From Octopus vulgaris (lineage: Eukaryota): a stretch of DNA of 64,000 nt. Below are positions 12,200 to 28,574 of this stretch, in pieces; position 1 is the stretch's first letter; each line of letters starts with the position of its first letter. Location: contig OX597817.1 in assembly GCA_951406725.2 (NCBI GenBank), positions 32,302,001 to 32,366,000 of the forward strand. The letters run 5' to 3'. Made by a program: the position numbers and the translations under genes. The notes under the pieces are model-generated. The model did not search any database. It was not told where the DNA came from and saw only the letters and a list, made by a program, of their open reading frames with translations.

Positions 12200-13190
12200 T
12201 CGGAAGATCTATGTCCCCAACAGAGCAGATTTTGGGGCATGTCCCAATCTCATGTCAATTCCAATTTCTCCGACATATACCTCAAACTTGGTTGTTAGTG
12301 CTTCGAGTACCCCTATAACTATTGGTATAACAGTTACTCCCTTAATCCCCAAAATTATTTTAGTAAGTTATTTTTCCGCCTTTTCCAGCTCTTTGTCACG
12401 TACGCGTGTGTCCCCAGATATGACAATATCTATAATCTTAGTCTCCTTCTTTTTATCCACTGCAACAATGATTGGTCACCAAGCATCAATCAGTGAGTCA
12501 CACTGAATTGTAAAATCACACTGGATTGTAAAATTCATTATTCTCAGTGACGCCTTCTGCTCGTACCATTTCCACGTTCTTCCAAGACCTTACTTCTCAC
12601 ACAATCTCCAGTGAACAAACATAGCCTCGTTATCATACCTCATTTTGTAATCCTTTGAGCTAGTTTGCTACCCTCACTCACAACATGTGAGACGGTTTCG
12701 TTTTTGCTACCACACATCATACAAAGGGGCGATCTATTGCTCTAATCTATTTGGAACTAGTATAACTAGTTCTCAGAGCTTGTTCCTGGGCACTGCGTAT
12801 CAGTGCCTCAGTGTATCCTTCCAGATCACTTTTCCTCAGCCATCAGATATTGGTCTTATGTTTCGCTTCGATTTCTCTGATGTGATGCGCATGCATTGTT
12901 TTCGTTTTCCAAAGGTTTAGTCTTTGTTCTTCATCTTGTTTCTTAAATGTTTTTCTGTGCGTCACATTTTTGCTAAGTATCGTGTTGCTGTTTACTGTAC
13001 CATCCCAGGCTGTTCTCGTTGACAGCACAGATCTTGCATCCTATGAGACCTCTTCTTCCCTTGTTCCTAGGCACATGCAGTCTATCGATATCGCCTTTAG
13101 GGTACAGTTCCTTGTCATAACTTTCCAGTTTTTCTATCTATTTCCTCAAACTCGCTCTTTGTCCACCTAACAACACCTGCATCGTATCGC
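12200..13190 (-). pseudogene. Decayed restriction-like-endonuclease LINE (R4/Dong-like), 3' part
   Basis: Minus-strand translation across frameshifts gives TEALIRSAQEQALRT...SPLCMMCGSKNETVSHVVSEG (CCHC knuckle), then MRYDNEAMFVHWRLCEK (RHD motif), then VIPIVIGVL. It abuts a TTA-rich tract at about 13195-13235. Confidence 0.85.
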
Positions 13191-13823
13191 ATTAATCATT
13201 ATTTATTATTATCATTGTTATTATTATTATTATTAATGTTAGTCGTTTTTGTTTTCCCGGATCTTCTTACTATAGTTGTTGTTCTTGTTAGTGTTGGTGT
13301 TATGTTTTTCTCTTTCATTTATATTTATATTTACATTTTAGGTGATAAAATCTGAAAGATCCATTAAGTCAGTAATGAATCAAGCAGCCTTTATTTCGTG
13401 GTCTTCTATGAATGATCACAAAGCGTCTAGATGTAGATATATGAATGATATAGGAATATAGTGAGTAATGAAAGAGTGAATGAATGAGGTGGAGTTTGAG
13501 AAGGCTTATGAATGAATATTCAATTAGAGGAGTTTTATTTTTATTATCTATTTTTCCTTTAATGGATAAATGGTTGTATGATATGGTTGAATAAATAACT
13601 GGAGGAATAAATGAATGAACGAGTGAGTGAGGAAGAGAGGAGAGTATTACTCGGAGGTTGAATAAACGAAAAATTTAATGAATAAGTCAATGTGTTAATT
13701 AATGATTTAATTTAATTTAATTTTCATTAATTAAAGCTTTAGGTTTGTCACTTGCTTGCCTTGACCACGTTGGCTTAATATTAGTCTTTTTCCTTTTCTC
13801 GCCACAAATGTAAATTATAATTA

Positions 13824-15132
13824 GGGGAGACCGGGTCTAGTTGTTACATTTTTGCATTTTTTTTTTTTTGCCTTGGCACCAACATAAATGAACACAACTG
13901 AAGTTTCTTTTCAGATTTAATTAGTAAAACATCTCTATTTATTGTTATCACCGGCAAAAAAACAGAAATTACATAACATTAATTAGACAGGTTCTAATTA
14001 ATGAGGTGGTGTCAGCTGTAACAATTTTCCCCGAGTGCGGGGTACGTTGTGACACGTACTGGGGTACTTTGTTACAACTGTCGATAACTGGGAATTATGT
14101 TAACAAACAAGTTTAAAATGAATACGTCTCCTGCTTCTTGCATCTAGGAAGTATTATTTTAATTAATTAACTGTGCTTTGAACCACCTCATATCCTAACT
14201 GTGATACTGAGAGTCGTCATCAGCCTATTTCCCCCATTGATACATGTGCCATCTAGTTGGAATCGTCCTCAATTATCTTCTCACCGCACAGATCACACAG
14301 AAAGTCCTGTCGTCCATCGGTACAGTCAGTGTGTGCCCAGTCTTTACAGATCATGCATTGCACCCATTCTTCGCCTGGAAGGGAGTTGGAATACCAATCT
14401 GAGCAGACAAAGCATTTCTAATCGGCAACTTGCTTGCTGCGAGGCTGCTTCCCTTTGCCTTTACCTGTTTTAGTTGACTTCCCCTTCTCCTTCGTTGCCT
14501 TTTCTGAACCAGTTGCCTTCTTTGGTTTGGATTTCCGTTCGTTTATTTCATCCACTATGCGCTGTTTTACGGCAACATCCCGTAATGATTTCTTTTCATC
14601 CACAACTTTTCTGGCGGCTCTTTCCATGACATCAGGAGGGGTATCCCCACCCCCTTGTAGTCTTCCTTTTGTAATTTTTAGGCATGGCGTGTTAAACTGA
14701 AATAGAAAGAGTAAATTGTTTGTTACATGCCTGGGGTAAGTTGATACACTGTAATAATTAGCCCCGATCATGGATTTCTGGGAATTACCTCGTACACAGC
14801 ACTAGCAATGAATGGCATCCAAACCACACCTTCATGTATCGAAGGCAACTTCCAACACTTCCTAATGAGCCACAAACTACTTCAGTAACACCAATTGTGC
14901 TTTAGTAGTTAAGGAAATAACTTTGTGGCAAAATTTCACTTTTGGATTAAAAAATCGTTTTTTGAGCCATACCTTTCCTGGTGACACTCTGCCTGTGTAA
15001 TACACATGAGCAGTCATGATGCTATGGAGTTGGCCTTTACGAGGTAGAAACCCAAGTGCCACCTATTTCTTGAAGTTGGAAGCAATTGGCTTGTAACAAC
15101 TTACCCGTGTAACAACTAGACTTGGTCTCCCC
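13824..15132 (-). mobile_element. pogo-like (Tc1/mariner superfamily) internally deleted DNA transposon
   Basis: TIRs GGGGAGACCGGGTCTAGTTGTTACA / TGTAACAACTAGACTTGGTCTCCCC with TA TSD. The remnant ORF starts MPKNYKRKT at 14685 and has an HTH-like segment DVMERAARKVVDEKKSLRDVA. A C-terminal PHD-like finger EEWVQCMICKDWAHTDC...FLCDLC follows. No DDE domain is seen. Confidence 0.85.
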
Positions 15133-15238
15133 TAATTCATGTTATAATTTGGGGGGGGGGCTCACTACAATTTGCCTGTTTTCTCTCTCTCTCTCCCTAT
15201 CTATCTATCTATCTCTATCTCTCCCTCTCTTTCTCTCC

Positions 15239-15298
<60 letters not shown>

Positions 15299-16260
15299 AC
15301 ATGTTACTACCTTCTTAACTGTTCTATTTGGTGCAGATGGTGTACTTGGTAATAAGAAATAGATAGTTTATGACTGAATCAGTAAAGTATAAAGGATAAA
15401 CCTATGATATCGCAGTCCATAGTATTTAAATTTCAATGAATTAACTCATAACATTTGTGACCCCACTTACCTTGAGGACGTTTGCTTCATATACCTCTTT
15501 CAATTTTCTCATCGCAAATGTACTTTTAACAAATCCATATTTTTTGGCACATTGCATTTTTTCTCTGTGCATATTACTACTTACTTACCCGTTGTCTTTT
15601 TCTGTGGATCGTGTCACGAGTTAATGAGCGAACAGATAGTTTATTACTGAATGACTGAATACGAAAAATGTAAAGGTTTAAGATTCAATAAAACAGACCA
15701 CTGCCGGACATATCCTTCTTCATACTTAAATGTTTTGGGGTCGTAACACTGCCGCGTCAATTTAACATTGACCGGGTTTCTGTCGGTCATAATACTCATT
15801 TTTACCAGTGAAGTGAATAGGAGCAACATGAAATAAAAATGCCATGCCCAAGATCCCAACGCGCATCCCTGAACGGGAGTCGAACTCACGACTTTAATAT
15901 CGAAAGCCCTGTTGCCGAACTAACACGCCATGACCTTTCTTGAGTAAAGGAGTGATTATCTTTAAATACAAAGGCAGCAATAAATATACTTATCTTATTC
16001 TTTTCAGTCATTAAGAATGCGGCCATGCTAGAGCACCGTCCTCAAAGGGTTTTAGCCAATAATATGCACGGCAGTACTTAGAATGGCTAAATTTACTGGA
16101 GTTAAGGGCCTCGAAGAATTAGCTTCTTTTTCTGAACTTAAAGACGATGAGCTCTTTACGTCGATTGGAATGACACACAAACATACACTTCTACACACAC
16201 ATACCCACACACCGACACATACACGCACACATACAGATACATATACACATACAGATAAAT

Positions 16261-16325
<65 letters not shown>

Positions 16326-16693
16326 TACATATAAACACGCAAGTGCACACTTTGGATTTTCAGTTTCCGTCTACCAAATTTCACTCACAAAGACATTGGT
16401 TTTTCAAGATAAAAACATACTGTTAATATAATAATTTAGAACACATTTAATAAATTATAGATTATAGTTTATAGTTAAATTTCTTATATTGGTATCAGTC
16501 TCATATTTACAAAGAGAGGAACGAGATGTTGTGACATTTAATTCTTTCTCAAGAATGTTAGTCAGAGAAATAATGTGTAATTGGAATCGAGTCGTAGGCT
16601 CTATTTTACGAGAGTTTACCTCTGTTTCTAAACTTCTTGCTAATACTTATATTAAGGTTCATTGAATAGGATGCGATTATGTGTACATGTATG

Positions 16694-16727
<34 letters not shown>

Positions 16728-17024
16728 TGTATGTATGTATGTATGTATGTATGTATGTATGTATGTGCAGACTTGTATGCCTTATGTATGTATTTTCATG
16801 CATATAGTTGCATATCTAGACATGCTCATATATATTTCAATGATAAACTTCTGGAAAGTTTTACAGATTGTTACAGTTCCAATGTTGGATTGGATCTGTA
16901 GTCTTCGAATTAGCTTTCTCCTTTCAGGTCCTGAGAAGCCCAATTTCTCAAGATTGGTATTTAGGCAGTGTGTTACATTATCCTAGGGCCCCAATACTTA
17001 CAGGTATAAACCTGAACTTGTATG

Positions 17025-17058
<34 letters not shown>

Positions 17059-17126
17059 TGTATGTATGTATGTATGTATGTATGTATGTATGTATGTATG
17101 TAGATAGACAGGTATACAGGCATATA

Positions 17127-17360
17127 CAGCGTTGGCCAAAAGTCACCCAACAGTAAATCAAAATTCTATAAATACTATATGTAATTCCCTATTGACTCGA
17201 ATGGAAAAAATGTATCAGTCAAGAAGGACTTCAGTTTGAACTATTTTCATGATGTTTCATATTTAGATGCTTTTATTAAATTCATTCAGTAGTTAAACAT
17301 AAATAAATCTTGGAATTAAATGGTTTTCATTTACTGTCAGGTGATTCTTGGCCAACTCTG
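17127..17360. mobile_element. Tc1/mariner-type MITE
   Basis: Imperfect 32-bp TIRs (CAGCGTTGGCCAAAAGTCACCCAACAGTAAAT versus the reverse complement of the right end) flanked by TA. Confidence 0.8.
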
Positions 17361-18070
17361 TATATTTCTGTGTGCATGTGTGTATATATACACGCACACA
17401 CGTACCTAAGTATGTACCTATGTATGTATGTATGTATGTATGTATGTATGTATGTATGTATGTATGTATGTATGTATGTATGTATGTATGTATGTATAAA
17501 TGCATATATGTACGTATATACGTAGTTTCTTGGAGAAGACCTAAAACGTTCCAGCTTTCGATTTTCCATTCTAATAATTAAGAAAAGATTGTAGAATATA
17601 ATTAGGTTCATTAACAAATTCCAACACTGTATGAGATAAAACTGAGGTGAATCCCTGGTTAGTGAAGGATATAATTACTACACTTAAGATTAAGAGGAAC
17701 AATAATAAGGAATGCGTTTTATCTTAATATTGGTATCCGAAGACATTTATGAGGAATTAGATCAACATTTCCCAGACCTGAAATATTCTACTCTAAATGA
17801 GAAACAGAAGACAAAATCTTAACTTTTTTTGTTATAGGAAAGAGATCCTTCAAACTGCTAATAATTTTTATTTCAAGTTTTGGCACAAAGCTAGAGGTAT
17901 GGGGGATGGGGTAGGTCGATTACATTGGCCCCAGTGTTCATCTGGTACTTATTTTATTGACCCCGAAAGGATGAAAGACAAAGTCGACTTTACCCTTCTC
18001 CCGAAATTGCTAGCTTTGTGCCAAAATTTGAAATCAATATTGTATACATTCAGATTTAATATAATAAAAA

Positions 18071-18300
18071 AGCGGCGAGCTGGCAGACACGTTAGCGCGT
18101 CGGGTGAAATGCTTAGCGGTATTTCGTCTGTCGTTACGTTCTGAGTTCAAATTCCGCCATGGTCGACTTTACCTTTCATCCTTTCGGGGTCGATAAATAA
18201 AGTACCAGTTTCGCACTGGGGTTGATGTAATCGACTTAATCCCTTTGTCTGCCCTTGTTTGTCCCCTCTATGTTTAGCCCCTTGTGGGCAATAAAGAAAT
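18071..18300 (+). mobile_element. SINE family B (a partial inverted copy lies at about 17875-18040)
   Basis: Homology to 3705-3937. Confidence 0.85.
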
Positions 18301-19289
18301 GTATAATAATTTATATTTGATTTACACGCAATATTAATTTATACAAAACTAATTATTTCTATAATTATTGTACGCAATACGAACTTAAAAGTAAATTAGT
18401 GTATAAAAATGATTATTTCCTTTGGAAATGTACTTGCTAGACAAGTGATTTGAAATGAGACTGTGTTGAAACTAAAACAATTACAGCGTGGAAGACGATT
18501 CAAACACAAACGAAGACTGTTAACTTAACTTAAGCATTTCTCATTTGATGTCAAAAATTTTCACCGCGTCAATTGCGACACAGTTCCACTGCAATTATTT
18601 CTTTGATATTTTCAAAACTAAATTTTATTAAAAAAAAAAATTTTTAAGCATTATATGAACAAGCTCAGTGGTTTTAATAATACTCTGTTAGAATGATGAA
18701 GTGCAAAGTCAGTCATAATTGGATTTTCGGAACGTAGAGGAATACAGTGAAATTTTGTGCGAGCTGACAGGGAAACAACTAAGTTGTTGATTGACATCAG
18801 AGAAATAACAGCCAAATTTCTCTTAAATCCTACAAACTTAAAAATATTTCAAGCCACACTAGATGACACTGAATAACATGCACAGTTCCTGGAAAAGACA
18901 GAATAACCATGTCTGGAACGCTCAGTCAGAGCCGATCCGGTGATAATCATTAAAATATTTGTTTATATCGCGGTTCAAGCGGTAAAGTAAATATCATCAA
19001 GAACAATAACTCTAAAATGATAGTAAGAGTTATCTTTCTTGAATATTCTCTAACCACATAAAAATTATTTCCCTTGACGGTTTGTTTCCCTTACACTGTT
19101 TTATAATTTGTTATTGCCGTAAAGTATATTTTGTATATGCCTTCGTCCCGCTCCTTCTCTTATATATTTTAGATCTGAAGAGTAAAGTGTTTCTAATTCA
19201 AGAATTCAAGAAGAGAATCAAATAAGATTTTATAACATATTTAGAGATTTCTTTTTCTAAGACTTGATGAGAAATAACCCTGGAAGACA

Positions 19290-19811
19290 ATATGCATACA
19301 TGCATGCATACATACATACATACATACATACATACATACATACATACATACATACATACATACATGCATGCATACATACATACATACATACATACATACA
19401 TACATACATACATACATACATGCATGCATGCATGCATGCATGCATGCATACATACATACATACATACATACATACATACATACATACATACATACATACA
19501 TACATACATACATACATACATACATAGGGAGAGTTTACGAAAAAAATAAAAAGACGAAGACAGGTGGTGTACAAAACAAACAGATGTATTAGTATAACGC
19601 TCAGGAATAGAAAAACTCTTTTACGTTTCGAGCCTACGCTCTTCTACAGAAAGGGACGCAAAATAAACAAGGAGAGAAAAAAATGTGTGTGTAGTGGCTA
19701 ACGATCTATCATGGCGACTAGTGCTGATACATACATACATACATACATACATACATACATACATACATACATACATACATACATACATACATACATACAT
19801 ACATACATACA
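19290..19811. repeat. (TACA)n/(TGCA)n microsatellite interrupted by a ~200-bp insert (19527-19726)
   Basis: Direct inspection. Confidence 0.9.
19618..19653 (-). ncRNA. Minimal type I hammerhead variant
   Basis: Minus strand reads CTTT-CTGTAGA-A-GAGC gtag GCTC-GAAAC-GTA^AAAG. Stem I has 4 bp, stem II 4 bp, and helix III is the palindrome ACGT. The core is CUGUAGA rather than CUGANGA. Confidence 0.65.
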
Positions 19812-20316
19812 TGGTGGCTGCCCCCTTGTTATCAAGTATGGCCATTGCACGAAGCTTAATCGAAGTTGTTATCGTGCAATGCCTGTGCAAGAAGACTTTT
19901 TTAAAAGTGAGGAAAGACTATGCACTGAGTCAATCCCACTCACTAAGCAACAGCAGCCATAATCTGAAAAGACGAACAAGTCAACATCATCGGTAACCAC
20001 TGAGCCGCAGGTTTTATGTTGGAGTTACCTTCTCCTAGAAGGATGCCCTAACAAAGGCTAGGAGTCCTTCATTCCCAATGGTTTAACCGCGCGATCGGGT
20101 ATTCAGTCCGATTATTTCTATGTCCCCGCGCATGATACAGCCTTAAGACATTTATTGGATAGCCGTTGACTCTCAAGAGTTCCTCCGCCCTTTGACAGGT
20201 TTTGTTTTTCATCCCACAGGGTGTCCAATAAACACCCTCCTCACCAGGCAAGCTTGGCGGGGTTGCCGGTTTAGTCGCCGACGACCCGACCATGTAATAG
20301 TTTGTACTGGGTTACA
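19812..20316 (-). mobile_element. Interspersed repeat, probably a LINE 5' UTR
   Basis: Its 5' part is homologous to 21960-22200 in the opposite orientation (ctattacatggtcgggtcgtc-gcgactaaac-ggcaacccc). The family assignment is inference. Confidence 0.55.
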
Positions 20317-20862
20317 TACATACATACATACAAACAAACAAACAAACAAACAAACAAACAAGTAAAATAGTAGATTTATTGGTTTCAAAGCAGTTATCCA
20401 TAAACATTCACTTTCTCGCTGATTTTGAAAGAGACGTTCAGGTCAATATAGCAGCTAGACTCTACAACCGGACAATATTCCCCTTTCTATCCTTATTAGC
20501 TATATCAGGTCAGTTACTTGGCAGTTTTTATAGAAATTTTCTACTGATAATCCACCTATTTATCAAGACGGGAAATTATTGAGTATTCCCTATATTTATT
20601 CTCGGACAGTCCTTCATATGATAAATTGAGTATTGTTTTTACAACATCATACCACATTGGAAGATAGTATCTTCATGATATTTGGAGGTAACTGCTGAAT
20701 ATTTATTTACTATGGAGCACAGGCCAACGCCAACTTTTCTCCACCGTTCTCAACGCTGGGCTTCCTTTACCACTTTGCCTGGGAGAAGGCCTTTTTCTCC
20801 CAATCTTGTTAGTTTTGAAATGTTATCGATGCTTCTGTAATTGTGGAAATTTTTGCTGTTTC

Positions 20863-20976
<114 letters not shown>

Positions 20977-21151
20977 GGCTTTTTTTTTACGTGACGATGT
21001 TGATCCTACGTAAACCTACTTTTACCTCTGGGAAGAAATGGTCATCCTTCGATCAGTCCAGCACTCTGAAACAAACAAGCCAACAAACACACTACAACTA
21101 TAACTGGACCTTTTGAGATATCTTCATGACATTTTAGGATAACTACTTATT

Positions 21152-21542
21152 CTTTTCTACTCTAGGCACAAGGCCCGAAATTTGGGGAGAGGGTCCAGTC
21201 GATTAGATCGACTCCAGTACGCAATTAGTACTTAATTCATCGACCCCGATAGGATAAAAGAAAGTCGACTACGACGGAATTTGAACCCAGAACATAAAGA
21301 CAGACGAAATACCTGTCTTTACTACCCACAAGGGGCTAAACACAGAGGGGACGAACAAGGACAGACAAACGGATTAAGTCGATTATATCGACCCCAGTGC
21401 GTAACTGGTACTTAATTTATCGACCCTGAAAGGATAAAAGGCAAAATCGACTACGACGGAATTTGAACTCAGAATGTAAAGACAGACGAAATACTGCTAA
21501 GAATTTCGTCCGGCGTGCAAACGTTTCTGCCAGCTCGCCACC
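21152..21542 (-). mobile_element. SINE family B with internal duplication and 18-bp TSD
   Basis: Flanks TTAGGATAACTACTTATT (21134-21151) and TTAGGCTAACTACTTATT (21543-21560). Confidence 0.85.
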
Positions 21543-21959
21543 TTAGGCTAACTACTTATTACATGTCATAGCTTCAACATTTTCGTGAACGTAAATATAT
21601 CCTCTCTCTTTTTAATTTAAAGTAAAGTTTGGTCGTCCACCTACCTGGCAGCAAGGTTGTGAAAGAAAGCATCTTGTTTTACCCATCATTCTTTAAATAT
21701 TAAGATGATATTACAGATTTTTATTGTCCCAGATATCGTGATCATTTTGTAGCGTATGATTAAAGGATTCGGTCATACTTTGCTCCAGAAGTGTTGATGT
21801 GTATTCTATACCTCCTATAATAATAGGTATGAAGCTGACAGTGTATCTTGGGGACAGGATTTACAAACTCCTTATCAATGGTTCATAGATGTCCTCTTTG
21901 TGTGTGTGTGTCTGTCTGTCTGTCTGTCTGTCAGGTCGCTTGTGAGCACTACTAGTAAC

Positions 21960-22200
21960 GTGTAATCTAGTTCATCCTATTACATGGTCGGGTCGTCAGC
22001 GACTAAACAGGCAACCCCACTAAGTTTGTTTAGTGAGAAGGGGTGATCGGACAGCCTGTAGAATGAAAAACGAAGCCTGTCAATTGGTGCATGACCACAT
22101 GAAAGTCAACGACCATCTAATATTATGCTTGGTCATGCTATCTCTCATAGACAGCGGTAGTTCCTGCAGCAATCATCGACAATCTGGTGACTTCGGTGCA
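21960..22200 (+). mobile_element. Diverged copy of the 19812-20316 repeat
   Basis: Shared motif blocks. Confidence 0.55.
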
Positions 22201-22577
22201 AAAAAGACAACGACTGTGTAGTGGATTGATACATTTTTTACAATGAGCAGAAACAAAAGATATGATCAGCAGAGAACCATGAAAACGAGAAGGTAAGCAT
22301 GGTGTACCACATTACTGTGTGTAAGTAACTTCTAATCCTTTCTAAGATATCACTCTAAGAATAAGAAAATTCTGATGTAAAACCTGAGACTCGATGGCAG
22401 TCAATGATGTTGAACAGTTATTTTTTTTAGGTATCTGTCATCGTTGTCCAGAGAAACAGATGGGTTGTGTGCAAGGCCTCTCCTCACTTTCAAAAGCATC
22501 ATGCACTGGCATCGTTTGGCGTACTGGTGTCGTCATCTTACACTCGAGAAAGAGGAAGAGGCTAACTTGTAAATATT

Positions 22578-25303
<2,726 letters not shown>

Positions 25304-25856
25304 TCTATGAATATGCATTCAAGGTAACCTTCTGTCACCACATAAGATCAAGCAACATCACTAGAAAACTTCTCACCCGTTCTTCACACCTCACACCTCA
25401 CCCCTCACCCCTTACACCCACACTGCATGTTCTCACCCTCACCCCTACCTGCACCCTGTTACTATTACTGCAGCTGTATCAGCTGTTCTGTTACAATGGC
25501 AGAGCAACATCGTTCAGAAATAGAAACAAAGCATTCTGATACTTTACACCTAACTATAGTTACACATATTTTTACTTTAAGAAAACTGTGCCACCTTCTC
25601 TCAAGGGAGACAACCATTGCCTTGTTTTGTTTAATTTTTGTTAGATACCTGTTACTGTTCATAATGTCGAACTGCTGCTATCACGTGCGGAACGGATCTT
25701 GTTATAAGCCAAATCTATCCTGGGGGATCGAACCACTGCTTTCTTTTGTTAAGGAGAAACGGATAGTCTTTCTCTTCAAGGTGACTATGGCAGAGGAGGC
25801 AGTATGGTGGATACGTTTAAATAATTTGAAAACGGAAGCCAACACCAACTTCTTTC

Positions 25857-26276
25857 GGATCTTTTCGGTTTGAACGGCAGTTCAAAATTTCCACGTAACT
25901 AAACACTTTTAAACTTCGTATACTGGTAGAATGTGTTTATAAAACATCTTTTTCTCTTGGCTTTATTGAGAAAATTCTATAGTTTGTAAGATATTTGTTG
26001 TTTTTTTCCCTTCAATTTCTGCAATTTCAACCAATCAATGACGTCTATTGAGGTGAAAACATTCTGTGCCGTATGAATATGTCCCTCGTTTAAGAAACAG
26101 ATTGGGTTTATTTACATTTGTGAAGAAAAAAGATACCCTTCCCCCACCCCTAACCCTAACTAACCCTAACCCTAAAACAGATTGAAATGCAATAGATCGA
26201 TACTAGGGTCATAATTATGGGTGACAATTTCATATGACACTGCTAGAAAAAACTGCCGTTCAAACCGAAAAGATCC
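25857..26276. mobile_element. Unclassified MITE-like element carrying telomere-type repeats
   Basis: Perfect 26-bp TIR GGATCTTTTCGGTTTGAACGGCAGTT and internal (CCCTAA)n at about 26148-26175. Confidence 0.8.
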
Positions 26277-27018
26277 CAGAGCTTTTCTTTTCAGGCCAAG
26301 CTAACACCAACTTCTTTCAAGTACCACAATACCACTTTTTATTATTGTATCTTTTAGTCAAGAGGAAAAGCAGTTCTCATGATCATTTACAGGACCTCCA
26401 AAACCGATGGGAGAGAAGAGGAAAGTATCCTCAAACCGAGGAGCCGGTCCGAATGCATGCAACATTGTGGACTCTGCTAAAAGAACCCAAGATACAAAAT
26501 GGGAGCGTAAATCCAGACGAAGAGAATGTGAGGATAAAGGAGATGATATCCTTCAATGAACCTCACGAAAGACAAAAGTTCGATGCTGGTGTTGTAATTG
26601 CTATGGTTAAATTTGCTCAAAAGGTCTGCTACACATCTCCAACATGAAGTTGTATATTTTCCATGCAACGGTTTACCTCAACTTAATTTATATTTGACCA
26701 ATTTAGTTGTACAATTTTGAACAGTAAAGTTGATGTAGAAGGTTTCTCCTTCTATGTTTTGTGCTGTTACTTTTGTGACTGATTTATCTCCCTTCGTGAT
26801 TGAAATTGAGACTGAGATTTTCGTTTAACATGGTGGTGGTGGTGGCGGCGGCGGCGGTTGCTGCTTCGGCGACGGTGGCGGTAACGATGACGGCAACTAT
26901 GATGATGATGATACTGTGGTGGAATAGTGGGTGTCTTTTGTGCTCAGAGAAGGAACATCTACCAACCCTTTGAATGAACCGGATATCATCCTGGGACAGT
27001 TTGTTTTGTCCCACCTTT

Positions 27019-27082
<64 letters not shown>

Positions 27083-27293
27083 TTACAGATCTCTATAGTT
27101 TGACTACTTGACTCGATTTCGTTGTTCGGTCCGACCCCTAATTCGGGGATTCTGTGATGGCTGAGATGAGTACTGATGTGTATTCGAGTTTGTGTTTTCC
27201 TGCTGTGGTTATTGAAGGAATTGTTGAGAAGTTTTTCTTTTAGTGTGGGTTTTTGTACTGAAGTCTGCAATTTCTTTGAGAAATTTGCCGGGA

Positions 27294-27356
27294 TTGATGA
27301 TGATGATGATGGAGGTGGTGGTGGTGGTGGTGGTGGTGGTGGTGGTGGTGGTGGTC

Positions 27357-27387
<31 letters not shown>

Positions 27388-27530
27388 CGATGATGACGAT
27401 GACGATGATGATGGGGAGGAGGAGGAGGAGGAGGAGGGGAATGTGAGGAGGAGGAGGGGGAGACGGTGCAGAGGAGGAGGGGGAATGTGAGGAGGAGGAG
27501 GGGGAGGATAGGAGGGAGGAGGAGGAGGAT
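27294..27530. repeat. Compound trinucleotide repeats (GAT)n, (GGT)n, (GAG)n
   Basis: Direct inspection. Confidence 0.9.
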
Positions 27531-28574
27531 GCTGTTGAAGTTGTTGCAGTTGTAATTTTCATTGATATTGGTAGTTGCTTCTTTTGTACTAGTTGTATCG
27601 GTTTTTACTGTTCTTTCTGTTGTTGGTGTTGTTGCCATTGTTAATGTTGTCGATGCTGTTGTTATTCTTGAAGTTGTTGCTGTTGTGCTTGAGGCGTCGG
27701 CAGTAGAGGTGGAGACTGCTTCTTCCTTATTTTCTCTCTCGGCTGAAAGCCTTTAAATGGTTAAATAGTGTTACATGTATGGCACCTAGGCTTTCTTCCC
27801 CTCGACGCTACAAATAGCTGAGTTCCATCAAATAACTCAATTATACCGGTTGTTGCTTCGCTTTGTTTCCTGTTTCGATTAGACCAAGAGCTCTCGTTTT
27901 AGCCTTCACCAATTTCTTTATTATATTTCGAGCATTTCAAGAATACTTGTTTCATCTACATCAGACAAAACAACCGCTGTTTGCCACCAGATGCTTATTT
28001 CTGGTGGTACAGCCACCACGCTCATCTTCGCCGCACGCCTGCCCATAGTCTTTGGTAATTCTCAGTCTCAAATGGAGAGTGACCAGAATGTCCCTGTCCT
28101 CCTACTCTCGTGGAGCCATTCCATTACCCCATTTTACGAGTGAGAATTTCATCCTCATACCAAGGTGTCTGGTATGATGATGATGACGACGACGACAACG
28201 ATGATGATGCTGATTGTGATGATTTCTTTCATTTGCCATTAGGACGATGGAGGAGGGGACGATACAAAAACAAATAAAGTGTGAATATTGACATAGAGAC
28301 GAATGATTTTTTTTTAATGACACTAAAGATAATTGCTCCTTTATTATTACAAAGGGCTCATACACAATATTCATCAAAAGTTGAAAAGAAAAATATAGGC
28401 GCTACAATACGTGTGGGTTGAACAACGTCATACAAAAACGAGTGGTCAAATTATATACAATAGCTGGATATAAATCCTTTTGTATACATTTTATTGAATG
28501 TATTAAAAAAAAAGAGTATTATTAATATTTTAACCAAAAGTTTGGGATCTAATCCTGCCCCAGTACTCTCCAGT

